The notes under the pieces were generated by a model. That model made no database searches. It worked only from the letters and a program-made list of their open reading frames with translations, and was not told the DNA's origin. A stretch of DNA of 64,000 nt, taken from an uncultured Planctomycetota bacterium (lineage in GTDB: Bacteria > Planctomycetota > Planctomycetia > Gemmatales > Gemmataceae). This document shows, piece by piece, positions 45,420 to 56,239 of the stretch. Each line of letters starts with the position of its first letter. The first letter of the stretch is position 1. Made by a program: the position numbers and the translations under genes. The stretch lies in assembly GCA_963849325.1 (NCBI GenBank), contig CAWKHF010000011.1, forward strand, positions 1 through 64,000, given 5' to 3'.

Positions 45420-46010
45420 TTGTTCGGTTGCGTCCTCTACCGCATGGCCACCGGCCAGCCAGCGCTCCACGGCAATGACCTGATCAGCACGATTATGGCC
45501 GTGATCGCCCGGGAGCCGAGGCCGCCGCACGAGCTGGAGGCCACCGTGCCGCCGGCGCTGTCGGAACTCATCATGAATCTGCTGGCCAAGGAGGCGAGAG
45601 ACCGGCCGGCCTCGGCACAGGCCGTCGCCGAGACGTTGGAGCGCATCGCCGCGGTAGGTGCCGCGAGCCGAGCGGCGCCCCAACCTCGGAAGAAGTGGTC
45701 GATTGGAGCTGGCGTGGCGGCGTGCTTGCTTCTGGGACTGCTGGGTCTATGGTCTGCCGGCGTGTTCAAGCTGAAGACGAAGGACGGGCGGCTCAGTTTG
45801 GTTCCGTCGGCTTCCGTCCGGATGGTACGACCCTTGCCGTCGTCGGCAATTGGGACCCCGACCTATACAACGTGCCAACGCGAACGAAGGAGCGGAGCCT
45901 GACTCCGAGTAATAGTAATGGGGAGACGGTGGCGTTCAGTCCGGATGGCCAAACGATAGCGGCGGGTTTCTGCGATGGCTCCATCCGCATGGGGGACGCG
46001 ACCAGTTGGA
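45420..46010 (+). pseudogene. Remnant of a Ser/Thr kinase-TM-WD40 gene
   Basis: Begins at kinase subdomain IX (GCVLYRMATG...LLAKEARDRPASA), then a TM, KLKTKDG and WD40 fragments (VAFSPDGQTIAAGFCDGSIRM). Confidence 0.75.
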
Positions 46011-46136
46011 ATGAAAAACATCTGCAGTCCGGTGATTTTCGTGCTTCGTCTTTGAAGACTTCTTGCACGCGCCGCCTCGGTCTGGCACACTTCAAGACAT
46101 TCGCCCTCCGCCGTCGAGGTCTGTCGAGGAGCCGCG

Positions 46137-47614
46137 ATGATCTGCATCTCCATCGCCCAGGAATCGCGCCGCCTGGCCCTGGCCGACATGCTCAACGCCT
46201 CGCGCCAGTGCGATCTGCTGGAAGTGCGGCTGGACCGCTTCGGCAAGGCGCCGGATTTGGGAGATCTGCTGGCGGTCAAGCCGAAGCCGGTCATCATGAG
46301 CTGTCGCCGGCCGTGCGACGGCGGCCTATGGGACGGCAGCGAGGACGAACGCCTGGCCATCCTGCGCCAGTGCATCATCAGCAAGGCCGACTACGTCGAG
46401 ATCGAGTTGGACGTGGCCGACCAGGTGCGCCGCTTCCCGCCGACGAAGCGCGTCATCTCGTACACCAACCGCATGGAGACGCCGGCCAACATCGCCGACA
46501 TTTACGCCCAGGCCCAGACGAAAAGCCCCGACGTCATCAAGCTGACGACGCTGGCGCGCACGCCGGAGGAGGCGTGGCCGCTGGTGCAAATCCTGGCGCG
46601 GGCGCCGCTGCCGACCGTGGTCGTCGGACTGGGTAAGCCGGGTGTTCTGCTCAGCGTGCTCGGCGCCAAGATCGGCGCTCCGTGGACCTACGCCGCTCTG
46701 GAACGCGGCATGGAAGCCTATCCCGATCAGCCGACCGTTGCCGACCTGGAGAACGTCTACCACTATCGCGCCATCAACCGCGCGACGCGCTTCATCGGCG
46801 TCACCAGCTTCGGCGAGCGCGAGCGGGCGACGGTCGCCGCCTTGAATGCCGCCTTCGCCCATCTGCAATTGCCGGCTCGCTGTCTGCCGCTGGGCGTCGG
46901 CAGCGTCCGCCTGTTCGGCAAGGTCATCGAGGCGGTGAAGCTGGCCGGCGCCGTCATCGACGCCGAGCATCGGCAATCGATCCTGGAGATCGCCAGCGAG
47001 CGCGAACCTTCGACGGCGCGGACGGGAGCGGCCGACCTGATCCTGCACCGCGACAACAAGTGGCACGCCTCCGACACGCAAGTCCCGGCCACGGTGAACG
47101 CCCTGGAATCGGCCCTGCGGCGCGGTCGGGTTCGGCCCAGCCGCTGGCCGGGAGGGTGGTCCTTCTCGTCGGCGTCAATGACCTGGCGCGGATGACGGCC
47201 CGCGAGTTGAAACAGCGTGGCAGTGCGCTGATCTTCGCCAGCCACGACCGCGACGCCGCCCATCGTCTCGCTCAGGAGATGAAATGTCGCTTCGTGCAGT
47301 TCGAGGCGATTTACACGACGATCCACGACGCTCTGGTGGTATGTGATGAGGAGAAGCCGCGCGGCCCCTCGCGCGGCGGCGAGACGGTCATCCACCCCGG
47401 CTACCTCAAGCCCGGCATGACCGTGATGGACTTGACCTCGCTGCTGGACCGGTCCCCCCTGCTGCGCGAGGCAGAACTGCGCGGCTGCGCGGTGGTAACC
47501 CCGCAGCAACTATGGCTGGAGCAAGTGTCGTTACAGGCTCGTTTGCTGACCAGCAAGGACGTGCCGCCGCACATCCTGGCTGACGCCGCCCCCTGGCTGC
47601 TGGAAGAGGTGTGA
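46137..47614 (+). CDS. Type I dehydroquinase / shikimate dehydrogenase-like fusion with degenerate active sites (frameshift near 47120)
   Basis: EVRLD, CRR..DGG, DYVEIEL and DVIKL define the DHQase-I fold; the C-terminal half follows the AroE layout but lacks its motifs. Confidence 0.8.
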
Positions 47615-47708
47615 TCCTGCCGCGTACGGGCCGCCCCGGCCGGAATGCGCCAGCAATCCTTCGTCCGGCAGCGGCCTCCGCACCGCCATCGTCACTCCTG
47701 GCTCCGCA

Positions 47709-50077
47709 TCAGCGGTCGAACAGCCAGGCGAACAATCCCGTCTTTTTCCGAGACCGGCAGCGCGTTCCGGCTTTCTTTTTCTCCGCGGTTGGTAGGGCCC
47801 CGTTCTTCCGTGGTTCGCCGGTCCCGTTGGTTTCCGCGGAGGGAGGATCGTCCTGGTAGTTGCTGTAACCGCTGTAGTATTTATAACTGTAACCGTAGCC
47901 GTCCGAACCGTAGCCTTTCGCATCCGACCCGACCCCGTTGACGACTACCCCGATCACGTGCGCCCCCAGCGTGGTGAGGATCTCCTTGGCCCGCGACGCA
48001 TGGGGACGCGCGTTCTTGGAGATGCGCACCGTCAGGATCACGCCGTCCACGTAAGGCACCACGACGCAGGGATCGGTCACCGCCAACAGAGGCGGCGTGT
48101 CGATCAGCACGAAATCATATTGCTCACGGATGTAGGCGAGCAGTTCCTTGAAGCGAGGCAAGGAGAGCAGCTCCGCGGGGTTGGGAGGGATCGGTCCGCA
48201 GGGCAGGATGGACAGACCCGGAACGGACGTTGGGCTGAATAACGTCGTTGACCTCGACTTCCCCGCTCATCACGGAGGCTAATCCTTGCCTGGGCGAGAG
48301 GTTGAACAGCTTGTGCAGGCGGGGCCGGCGGAAGTCGGCGTCGATCAGGATCACTTTCTTTTCCGATTGGGCGATGGAAACGGCCAGGTTGGCGATGAGG
48401 GTCGATTTGCCATCTCCCATGTCGGGGCTGGTCACCTGAATGATCTTGTGGCCGCTTCCCCGGCTGTTGAAATAGAGGGCCGTTCGCACGCCGCGGTACG
48501 CTTCGGCCTCGCGCGACTTCGGCTGGTATACTGTGCGAAGGATCGGATTCAGCCGGACCCCTTCCACGGTGAGCCGTTCCTCGTCTTCCTCCGGCTCGAA
48601 CAAAGGGATGTGTCCCACCACGGGCAGGCCGAGCCGGCGACGGATTTCCTCGGGGGTGCGGAAGCTTTGATCGGACAATTCCGCCAGGTACGACAGGCCG
48701 AAGCCGGCGAGCAGTCCCAGGAGGAGGGCGCCGGCAAACACGGAGAGGGGCTTGGGGGCCACCTTGGTTCCGACCTCCGCCGGGGCGATGATTTCGGCTT
48801 CAAAGCCGCCGGCGAAGTTCTTGAGGATGCTCACTTCGTCCAGGCGCTTGGCCACGGCGTCGAAGAGTTGCTGGCTGCGCGCGATCTCCGTGCGGTAGGA
48901 TTCGCCCTTTTTCTCGAAACCGCGCAGGGGTTCCGCTTTCCGCTGCTCTTCCTGCAGTAATTTGGCCAGGGTCTCCGCCGCCATGCGCGTGTTCTCCAGT
49001 TCCAGCTTCAAGCTCTGCAGGTGAGTCTTCACGGGGTCCGTTCGCGTGGCTTCCTCATCCGGCGTGTCCTCCTCCAGGCTCCTCAGCCGCGAACGCAGCA
49101 TGGCCAGTTGATCGCGGACCGCGCAGCTGGGGATGGTCCGGGCCGTAACCGTTATCCTGGGACAGGGTTTTTTCTTGTAGTTCGAGGGTCATCAGACGAT
49201 CTTCCATCGACATGGTCGCCGTCGTTCCTTCGCCGCCCGTGCGCCGGGGCGCTTGGGCGATCATGGCGAGCAGTTCCGCCCGACTGTAACGGCCTTCTTT
49301 CAGGGCCATCTCCAGAGCGGCGATCCGTCCCCGAACCTCCGCCTCCTGGAGGAGAAGGGCCGAACGCTTGGCCTCCAGGCTCAGGAGCCGTTCTTGAGGG
49401 ACGCTGAGTCCATCCTTACTCTTCAAAGAGGCGGGATGGGTGACGATGAAATTATCATATTCGTTCTGTTTGGCAGTGAGCTTTTTCTCGAGGATGTCGT
49501 TGGCCTGAACGATGAGCTTGCCGGTCTCGTCGGCGACACTCTTGTATTTCGCGCTCAGGAAGCGCTGGTAGCTCTCGATGACAGCCGTCACGATGGCGGC
49601 CGTATCCTCGGCATGGGAACCGCGCACCGAGATATTCAGGATGCTGGTCAGATTGCCGGCGTTCGTCTCGCGCGACACCTTGAGCGACCCGATGATTTCT
49701 CCCGTGGGGTCTCCGCGCCCCGCGAAGGAGGGGAGACTCCCCAGGTTCGACTTTTTCACCGCGTCGCCCACGATGACGGGGCTGCGGATCAGGGTCTGGT
49801 GCGTGGACAGGTAGTCGTCGGTGTACGTCGGGCGCGTCTCGCTTCCGGGCAACGGCAGGGCTTCCGGCGTCTTTTTCACCACCAGTACCTGGGCGCTGGA
49901 CTGATAGATGGGAGTCGCACGGGCGTAATAGAGAGAACCCATCAGGCAGCCCACCACGACCCCAAGCAGCAGAAGTCTCTTGTGACGCCAGACGACGTGG
50001 AAGAGCTTGGGGCGAGCCTGTACCTGGATGGCCTCGAAGCTTTCCGAGGCGGTCGGCGATTCGAGCGAGTCGGTCAT
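47709..50077 (-). CDS. wzc: Polysaccharide co-polymerase / tyrosine autokinase (Wzc-like; frameshifted)
   Basis: Two TMs, YQSSAQVLV, EAYRGVRT, SPDMGDGKST, DADFRRP, DTPP, Tyr cluster GYGSDGYGYSYKYYSGYSNY. Confidence 0.92.
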
Positions 50078-50130
50078 GGTCGATTCTCGCGGATCTGCAA
50101 GTTGTGTTCGATGCGCGTATTTCGTACACA

Positions 50131-50183
50131 CTAGCCCGGAGTGCTAGCGACGGGGAAAACTCGTCGCGGGCGCTCCGGGCTAG
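50131..50183. repeat. REP doublet (CTAGCCCGGAG...CTCCGGGCTAG)
   Basis: Imperfect inverted repeat upstream of wzc. Confidence 0.7.
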
Positions 50184-50271
50184 GAGCTCATGCGTTCTTG
50201 AACAAATCAATATACACGCCTCTGACCCCGGGCGTCCAGGCAATCTGGGGGAATCGTGACGGATTCACTCG

Positions 50272-50930
50272 TTAGCGACCCAGGGAGTAGGCGGCAAGCT
50301 TGACGTATTCGCGGAGATAGGTGATACAGCCGCGCTCGGATTGCCACCAGTTGGTGGCGTCGAATTCTTCGATAGGCGCGGCAACGAAGGAGAGGGAGGA
50401 GGCGTGGAGATTGGCCCTGCGAAACAAGAGGCGAGCCCGGCGCGTATGGTAATCGGAGGTCACGACGGTGACGGCACTGTTGGGGTGGTCCTCCAGAAAG
50501 CGGCCGAGCCGCGCCACCTCCTCGGTGGTGCTATCAACAGGGCCGGGCAGGAGGACGATCGCGGCGTCCGGGATCCGCGCGCGCACAGAACTCGCCTCGT
50601 GGCCTCGTTCTCCGACAGGGTCAGGCCGGCCTCGACCTCCGGAGAGGAACGGCATTCGGGAAGCAGAACCTGGCGAGCCAGCCCCGCCTTGTAGAGTGCC
50701 GCCGCCACCACCGGGCGCTGATCGCGGTCGCCGCCCAGCACCAGGACGAAGTCGGCGCGGCGCGGCGGCTCCGAGACGTCCAGGTATCGGCCCGCCCACG
50801 TCAGAAGAGGGGCGCGAGCCAGCCACACGGTCAGCGCAACGGCAAGGACGACGACCCATCGCTTCCAACGAGCCCGGCGTGGGGCGGCGGAAGAGTTGTC
50901 CTGACGGGCGGTTGCAGGGTTTTCTCGTAC
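50272..50930 (-). CDS. YdcF/DUF218 (ElyC/SanA-like) protein (frameshift near 50575; start uncertain)
   Basis: TM, ADFVLVLGGD..R, STTEE, VTSDYHTRRA, WWQSERG...REYVK. Confidence 0.8.
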
Positions 50931-51619
50931 TGATCCGGATCCCACGGCGAAGCTGCCTCCCCTTCTCCGGCCAGGCGGACGTGGGCGTAAGCGACCACCC
51001 CATCGAAGAAACTCAGTTGCCCTTCCTTGGCATGCCACCAGTTCGTTTCGTCATATTCCGGACTCGGCAAGGGACGCAAACGCACGCGCCCCGCCTCCGC
51101 GGCTGGTAAGAGCTTGTCGAGCAAATACCTCCACTTCCTCCCCTGGAAGCGCTTGCACAGGAAGGTAACGCGGCCGTCGGGGTGACGGTCCAGCCACTCT
51201 CCCAGGCGGCGCACGTGGTCCCAGCTGGTATTGCCAACGCTGGGAAGTACCTGGAGCTTTTCGGAAGCTGTGCCGAGTCGGACCAGCGCCTCCCGAGCCG
51301 ATTCGTCGTCGGGCGGTACGGCCCCCAGCCTCTGGGAGAGCTTGGGTGGGGTGGTGAGGACCAACACGCCCTCCGCCTGCTCTTCCCGGTACAATCGAAT
51401 GGCCTCCGACACTTCTGGTCCGGGCCACAGGACCAGCACGAATCCGGGCGATGCGGGCGGGTCTTCGTCCACCAGGAAACGGGCCGCCCCATGCAGCAGC
51501 TGCCCTCGCAACAGGTAGAGGATCAGGACCACCACACCCAGCACGAGCCAACGCCGCCAACGCCGCCTCTGCCGGGGAACAGCTTGTGGACCCTCCAATG
51601 GAGAAGATGCCGGCTTCAC
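50831..51619 (-). CDS. Second, divergent YdcF/DUF218-like protein (3' end uncertain)
   Basis: GTGA overlap with the GT2 gene; TM, FLVDED, YDETNWWHAKEG. Confidence 0.65.
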   Translation of the reverse strand: MKPASSPLEGPQAVPRQRRRWRRWLVLGVVVLILYLLRGQLLHGAARFLVDEDPPASPGFVLVLWPGPEVSEAIRLYREEQAEGVLVLTTPPKLSQRLGAVPPDDESAREALVRLGTASEKLQVLPSVGNTSWDHVRRLGEWLDRHPDGRVTFLCKRFQGRKWRYLLDKLLPAAEAGRVRLRPLPSPEYDETNWWHAKEGQLSFFDGVVAYAHVRLAGEGEAASPWDPDQYEKTLQPPVRTTLPPPHAGLVGSDGSSSLPLR

Positions 51620-52533
51620 GATACGGTTTCTCCGGATGGTTGGACAATCCCTGGGAGTTTGGCTTGGGCGGCGAGACGCCGTTCGTAAACCTTGGCCCGA
51701 ATCTGACGGATGTAGGCCGAGCGGATTTGGCTGGCGATCAAACCGGGGCGGCCTTCGAGGAAGCCGAGACGGAATCCGTAGTGGTAGAAAAACCAGAGCC
51801 ACGGCTCGAACGGCAGGCGGATGATCCAGCTTTTGAGGAAGCGCCGCCGCTCCTGCGTATTGCCGAACAGGCGAGGGCGAATGGTATCTTCCCCATACCT
51901 TCCCGTCGTCAGGTAGCGGAACCGCAGGGCGGCCTCCCAGGTGGAGTATCGGTTGTGGCGGTCGAGGTAGGCGTGCAACCCCTTGAAGTCTTCGTGGATC
52001 AGCGGGGTGCGGAGTTTGCCGACCGGGCCATCGACAATGATACGCTCGTGGACCTCCATGTCCAAGCCGTCCCCCGCATCGCCGATGATCTGCTCAAATC
52101 GTGCCTTGCCCCGCCGGAAGAGCAACACGGCGGCGAACGAGAAGCCCCCGTGGCGGAAGCGGCGGCCGAGGAAGTGAAAGCCCTTGGTTATCAGGAAAGC
52201 GGCGGGGCCAGCCGGGGCCGCGACCGCGGCGGCAATCTCTTCCCAGAGGGCGGGCGGAACTACCTCGTCGGCGTCGAGCAGCAATACCCATTCCGTGGAA
52301 ATGTCCAGCGTATCCAGGGCCCACTGCCGCTTCTTGGGATAACCGCCGCGGTAGTCGAACTGTACGACTTCGGCACCGGCGGCCAGAGCGATTTCGGAGG
52401 TTTTATCGCGGCTATGGCTGTCCAGCACAATCACTCGGCCTACTGGAGTCAACGCCGCCAGGCACCGGGGTAGGTTTGCTTGCTCATTTTTTGCGGCTAC
52501 CAAGACGGTAATCGGAAGGTTGGATGGCTGCAT
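51616..52533 (-). CDS. Glycosyltransferase family 2
   Basis: AKNEQANL, DSHSRDKT, LDADE, VHE, RHNRYSTWEA, RLGFLEG. Confidence 0.92.
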   Translation of the reverse strand: MQPSNLPITVLVAAKNEQANLPRCLAALTPVGRVIVLDSHSRDKTSEIALAAGAEVVQFDYRGGYPKKRQWALDTLDISTEWVLLLDADEVVPPALWEEIAAAVAAPAGPAAFLITKGFHFLGRRFRHGGFSFAAVLLFRRGKARFEQIIGDAGDGLDMEVHERIIVDGPVGKLRTPLIHEDFKGLHAYLDRHNRYSTWEAALRFRYLTTGRYGEDTIRPRLFGNTQERRRFLKSWIIRLPFEPWLWFFYHYGFRLGFLEGRPGLIASQIRSAYIRQIRAKVYERRLAAQAKLPGIVQPSGETVS

Positions 52534-52546
52534 GCGCGACTGGAGA

Positions 52547-54238
52547 TCACTCGTCCGTAGTTTGCTTCGTCACCAGGATCGAACCGAGAGCCAGGGCGTC
52601 CAACTCGCTCTTCTTCAGCGTGTCGATGGCCACCTCGGGCGTGCCGACGATGGGATAACCGTGCAGATTGAAGCTCGTGTTGAGGATGCCGCCGACGCCG
52701 GTGCGCTGCCGGAAGGCGCGGATCAGGTCGCGGTAGTTGGGATTCAAGTCGTTGACCACCTGCGGGCGGATGCTCTGGTCGAAGGGGTGCGTCCCGGCCA
52801 TCAGTTTGTCGGCCCCCTCCGGCGTGGTGTCGAACGCCTCGATCATGTAGAAGGCCCACGGGCTAGGCTCGCGGATGTAGCGCGGCACGTCTTCTTCGAG
52901 GACGGACGCGGCGAACGGCATCCAGAAGTCGCGCTGTTTGATGGCGAAGTTCAGCTTGCGGATGACGCGCAGGTCGCGCGGGTCGGCCAAGATGCTGCGG
53001 TTGCCCAGGGCGCGGGGGCCGAGTTCCTCTCGGCCGTCGAACCGAGCCACGATCTTCCCCGCCGCCAGCAGGTCGGCGATTTCCGCCGCCGGGTCGGCCA
53101 TGCGCCGGTAGGGCAAACCGCTGCCGCGTGCCGCCGCCTCCATTTCCGTCTCGGAGAATTCCAGCCCCAGGTACATGTCGCGGGGCAGATCCAGCTGCGG
53201 CGTCCGTCCGCGCCGGCGGCACAGTTCCAGGTGGCCCAGGATGGCCGCTCCCACCGGCGTGCCGCCGTCATCGCTGGCCGGGTAGACGTACAGGGACTCG
53301 ACTTCGGGCATCTCGCGGATCAGCTTGTTCGCCTTGACGTTCAGGAACGCCCCGCCGGCCGCGGCGACCTTGCGCACCCCGGTGGCCGCGATCGCGTTCT
53401 TGACCCACTGGAGCATCATCTCCTCAAACGCCTGCTGGCAGGCGGCGGAGACGTTGTCGAAGCGCTGGAAGAGCAGCTTCTTGTGGAAGTAACGGCGGAT
53501 GCCCGGACCAAAGCGGCCGGTGTGGTTGCGGAACTTCAGCCCGTCCACGCGAAAAGCCCGCCGCATCTCCTCGATACAGTACTGAGGCTGGCCGTAGGGA
53601 GCCATGCCCATCACCTTGTACTCATGCTCGTAAGGCTTCAGGCCGAGTAGGGCGGTGACAGCCGAGTACATCCCGTCCGCCGGACTGTGGTACTTGGGCG
53701 TCTGGGCGATGACATTGATGTCGTGCCCCCGGCCGACGTTGACCGAAGCGCAGATGCCGTCTCCCGCCCCGTCCAGGGTAAGAATGGTGGCCGGGTCGGT
53801 CCACGGTCGATGGTAGTGGGCGGTGGCGGCGTGGCACAGGTGGTGATCGAACGGCAGGAGGGGCTTGTCGGCCAGTCCGTGTTCCGCCAGGCAGCGCAGC
53901 AGGTCGCGCCGCTTGCGGAGCTTGGGCAGCAGCCACCGGCCCAGGTTCGTGGCCCACTCGGCCCGGGCCATCGAGGTGAGGAGATGGAGGACGGGGTAGA
54001 TCGGCTTGTGCCCGCGGGTCGGGAAGGTGGTGCGGATCTTGCTGGACAGGGCGACCAGATCGACGTCCTTGGGGTCGGTCCCGGAGCGCTCGAAGACCGC
54101 CTGGATGGACTGCTCGGGGATGCCGGCGTGATTTTTCGAGTTCAAGCGCCGCTCTTCGCAGCTGCACAAAACAACGCGGCCGTCGCGCAGCAGGCAGACG
54201 CCCGAATCGTGTCCGTCATTGATGCCGAGAACGATCAT
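52547..54238 (-). CDS. Carbamoyltransferase (NodU/CmcH family)
   Basis: HDSG, EERL, HHLCHA, DGAGD, EYKVMGMAPYG, GPRALGNRSILADP, NTSFNLHGYPIV. Confidence 0.95.
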   Translation of the reverse strand: MIVLGINDGHDSGVCLLRDGRVVLCSCEERRLNSKNHAGIPEQSIQAVFERSGTDPKDVDLVALSSKIRTTFPTRGHKPIYPVLHLLTSMARAEWATNLGRWLLPKLRKRRDLLRCLAEHGLADKPLLPFDHHLCHAATAHYHRPWTDPATILTLDGAGDGICASVNVGRGHDINVIAQTPKYHSPADGMYSAVTALLGLKPYEHEYKVMGMAPYGQPQYCIEEMRRAFRVDGLKFRNHTGRFGPGIRRYFHKKLLFQRFDNVSAACQQAFEEMMLQWVKNAIAATGVRKVAAAGGAFLNVKANKLIREMPEVESLYVYPASDDGGTPVGAAILGHLELCRRRGRTPQLDLPRDMYLGLEFSETEMEAAARGSGLPYRRMADPAAEIADLLAAGKIVARFDGREELGPRALGNRSILADPRDLRVIRKLNFAIKQRDFWMPFAASVLEEDVPRYIREPSPWAFYMIEAFDTTPEGADKLMAGTHPFDQSIRPQVVNDLNPNYRDLIRAFRQRTGVGGILNTSFNLHGYPIVGTPEVAIDTLKKSELDALALGSILVTKQTTDE

Positions 54239-54303
54239 CAGAAGCTTTCCTTGGAAGGCGGGCGAGGCGACTGGTTTTCTCCACCTCTATTCGCCTCGTA
54301 GTC

Positions 54304-55314
54304 CTAAACATTCTTTCTGTCTTGAGATCCTGCCCGACGTATATCATCAATGACCTGCCGGAAGGCATCGGGGGCCGGCGGCTGGGCTTCCGCCCAGGCG
54401 ACATTCCGGGCGATGTGCTCGGCTTGATGCATGCCGCACAAAACAACGCCGGCCGGGTTGGCGGCGAAGGCATAGCTGAGCAGCAGATGACCGATCCCTT
54501 CCGACGAGCGGACATCGATCCCGGTTTGCTCGGCCCAGTGGATCGCCTGAGCGGGCGCGGCGATCGCTATTCTGGCCAGCCAGTCGAAAATCGATTGGCC
54601 GCCGAAGGGACGATTGGTTATCACTCCTATCCGCTCCTTCCCGTGGAGACCGTCAATCTGGGGATTCAAAAGGTTGTTCTCCAGTTGGACGAGCTTAATC
54701 GCCGGGAACGCCTCGACGATCCGGTTCGCATTCGGGGCATCGCTAGACACCCCGATCCACCGGACCTTGCCATCGAGTACCACTTCTTCCAGGTATCGAA
54801 TCAGTTTCCCGTCGGCGATCTGGTCGTAATGGGGTCCGTGGAGGAACAGGACATCGACAAAATCGGTGCGGAGGGTCTTGAGGCTCGCATGGAGACTTTC
54901 ACGGGCGGTATCGACGTTGAACTGGCCGTACTGCACCTGAGACGACAGGCGTTGCCGGATTTGTCCGCGGACGGCCGCCGTCATCGTTTTCAACCGGAAT
55001 CGGGAGGCCAGCCTGAGGAGGCCACGAGCAAGCGGCTTCAGGAAGTGCCACGGCCGCTTCCGGGGTGGAAGGATGCCGAACTTGGTGATGAGGATTATGC
55101 GATCGCGCCGCCCGCCAGCGAACTCCCCGAGGACAGCCTCGGATTCCCCCCAACCGTAGGACCGGGCGGTGTCGAAGATCGTAATCCCCCGGTCATAGGC
55201 TGCGGCCAAGGCTCGAAGGGACTGCCGGCGACTGACCCGGCCCATCAGGTTAGCGCACCCGAACCCGAGGGCGGAGCAGCGAAGGCCCGTGCCGGCTAGT
55301 TCGACATATCGCAT
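54304..55314 (-). CDS. Aldo/keto reductase
   Basis: LGFGC, FDTARSYG.GESE, TKFG, SLKTLRTDFVDVLFLH, GKVRWIGVS. Confidence 0.9.
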   Translation of the reverse strand: MRYVELAGTGLRCSALGFGCANLMGRVSRRQSLRALAAAYDRGITIFDTARSYGWGESEAVLGEFAGGRRDRIILITKFGILPPRKRPWHFLKPLARGLLRLASRFRLKTMTAAVRGQIRQRLSSQVQYGQFNVDTARESLHASLKTLRTDFVDVLFLHGPHYDQIADGKLIRYLEEVVLDGKVRWIGVSSDAPNANRIVEAFPAIKLVQLENNLLNPQIDGLHGKERIGVITNRPFGGQSIFDWLARIAIAAPAQAIHWAEQTGIDVRSSEGIGHLLLSYAFAANPAGVVLCGMHQAEHIARNVAWAEAQPPAPDAFRQVIDDIRRAGSQDRKNV

Positions 55315-55349
55315 CAACTGTCACCCCCCGATAGTCTGTGGCTCTTCCG

Positions 55350-56198
55350 TCAGTGGTACCGAATTTGTAACATCAACCGATCGCCGCTTTGCGGCGCTAG
55401 GGCCTTATGATAGCACGACGTATCCTCAATGAAACCAGCCCCCGCCTTCCCTTCCAGGCAGATTACCTTCTCTTTGCCATAATACTTTTCAATCGCCGTG
55501 TCGGTTTGACGGGCCGAACCGAGCAGCCAGCGCAGCGGTTTGGACCAGTGCGATCCGAGGACCATGACATGGGCCCCAGACTTCATGTCCGTATCGGTGA
55601 GGTAGATATGCACGTAGCAGAAGTTGTAATCGTGAACGTCGAAGTGATAATCGATTGTCTGGTAGAGGCGGCGGCGCTCGTCGTCAGCCGCTTCTCCAGC
55701 AAAACTCCAATACAGCCGGATGTCAGCAGAGCAAGGAACGTACCCGAGATAGTTGGCTACAATCGATCGAAGCACCGGATCATCCCGAACCTGACAAACG
55801 GCCTGACACGCGGTCGGATTCTGGCAATGGCCGAGGGCCGCGAAGGTCCCATCCGCAAGGCGTCCGCTCTTCACATCCGTGTAATGGAAGAGTGTGTTAA
55901 TCCCAGCTACCTCGCATTCGGCTTGGCGGGCGAAATGGCTGATTTTCTCTATCATTGAGGGTGGAAGTACAATGCATTGGGTTAGAGCATTCTTTTGCAA
56001 TTCCGCGACTGCGAGTCTGATGTCCGTGCAGACGATCTCGGAGACGGGTAATCCCTCCACCGGTGGAAGCGGCCTGCCGCCAAGTCTATTCCGGAGGCGC
56101 ATCCATCGGGAAAACAACCAACGCACGAAGTAGAAACGACCCAAGATGTAACTAGGCGGTGTTCGAAACACTTTGCCGGATTTCTGCAAGACTCCCAT
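55350..56198 (-). CDS. PhyH-like 2OG-Fe(II) dioxygenase-fold protein
   Basis: YHFD...IYLTD...GAHVMVLGSH...DT..YHK...R pattern (HxD...H). Confidence 0.65.
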   Translation of the reverse strand: MGVLQKSGKVFRTPPSYILGRFYFVRWLFSRWMRLRNRLGGRPLPPVEGLPVSEIVCTDIRLAVAELQKNALTQCIVLPPSMIEKISHFARQAECEVAGINTLFHYTDVKSGRLADGTFAALGHCQNPTACQAVCQVRDDPVLRSIVANYLGYVPCSADIRLYWSFAGEAADDERRRLYQTIDYHFDVHDYNFCYVHIYLTDTDMKSGAHVMVLGSHWSKPLRWLLGSARQTDTAIEKYYGKEKVICLEGKAGAGFIEDTSCYHKALAPQSGDRLMLQIRYH

Positions 56199-56239
56199 AT
56201 ACTTTCTCCACCAAGTTCGTTATCGGCGAGGATGGGTCG

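Noticed and set aside
46137-47614. Assigning the symbols aroD/aroE
   Set aside because: Key catalytic motifs are missing, so the symbol was withheld
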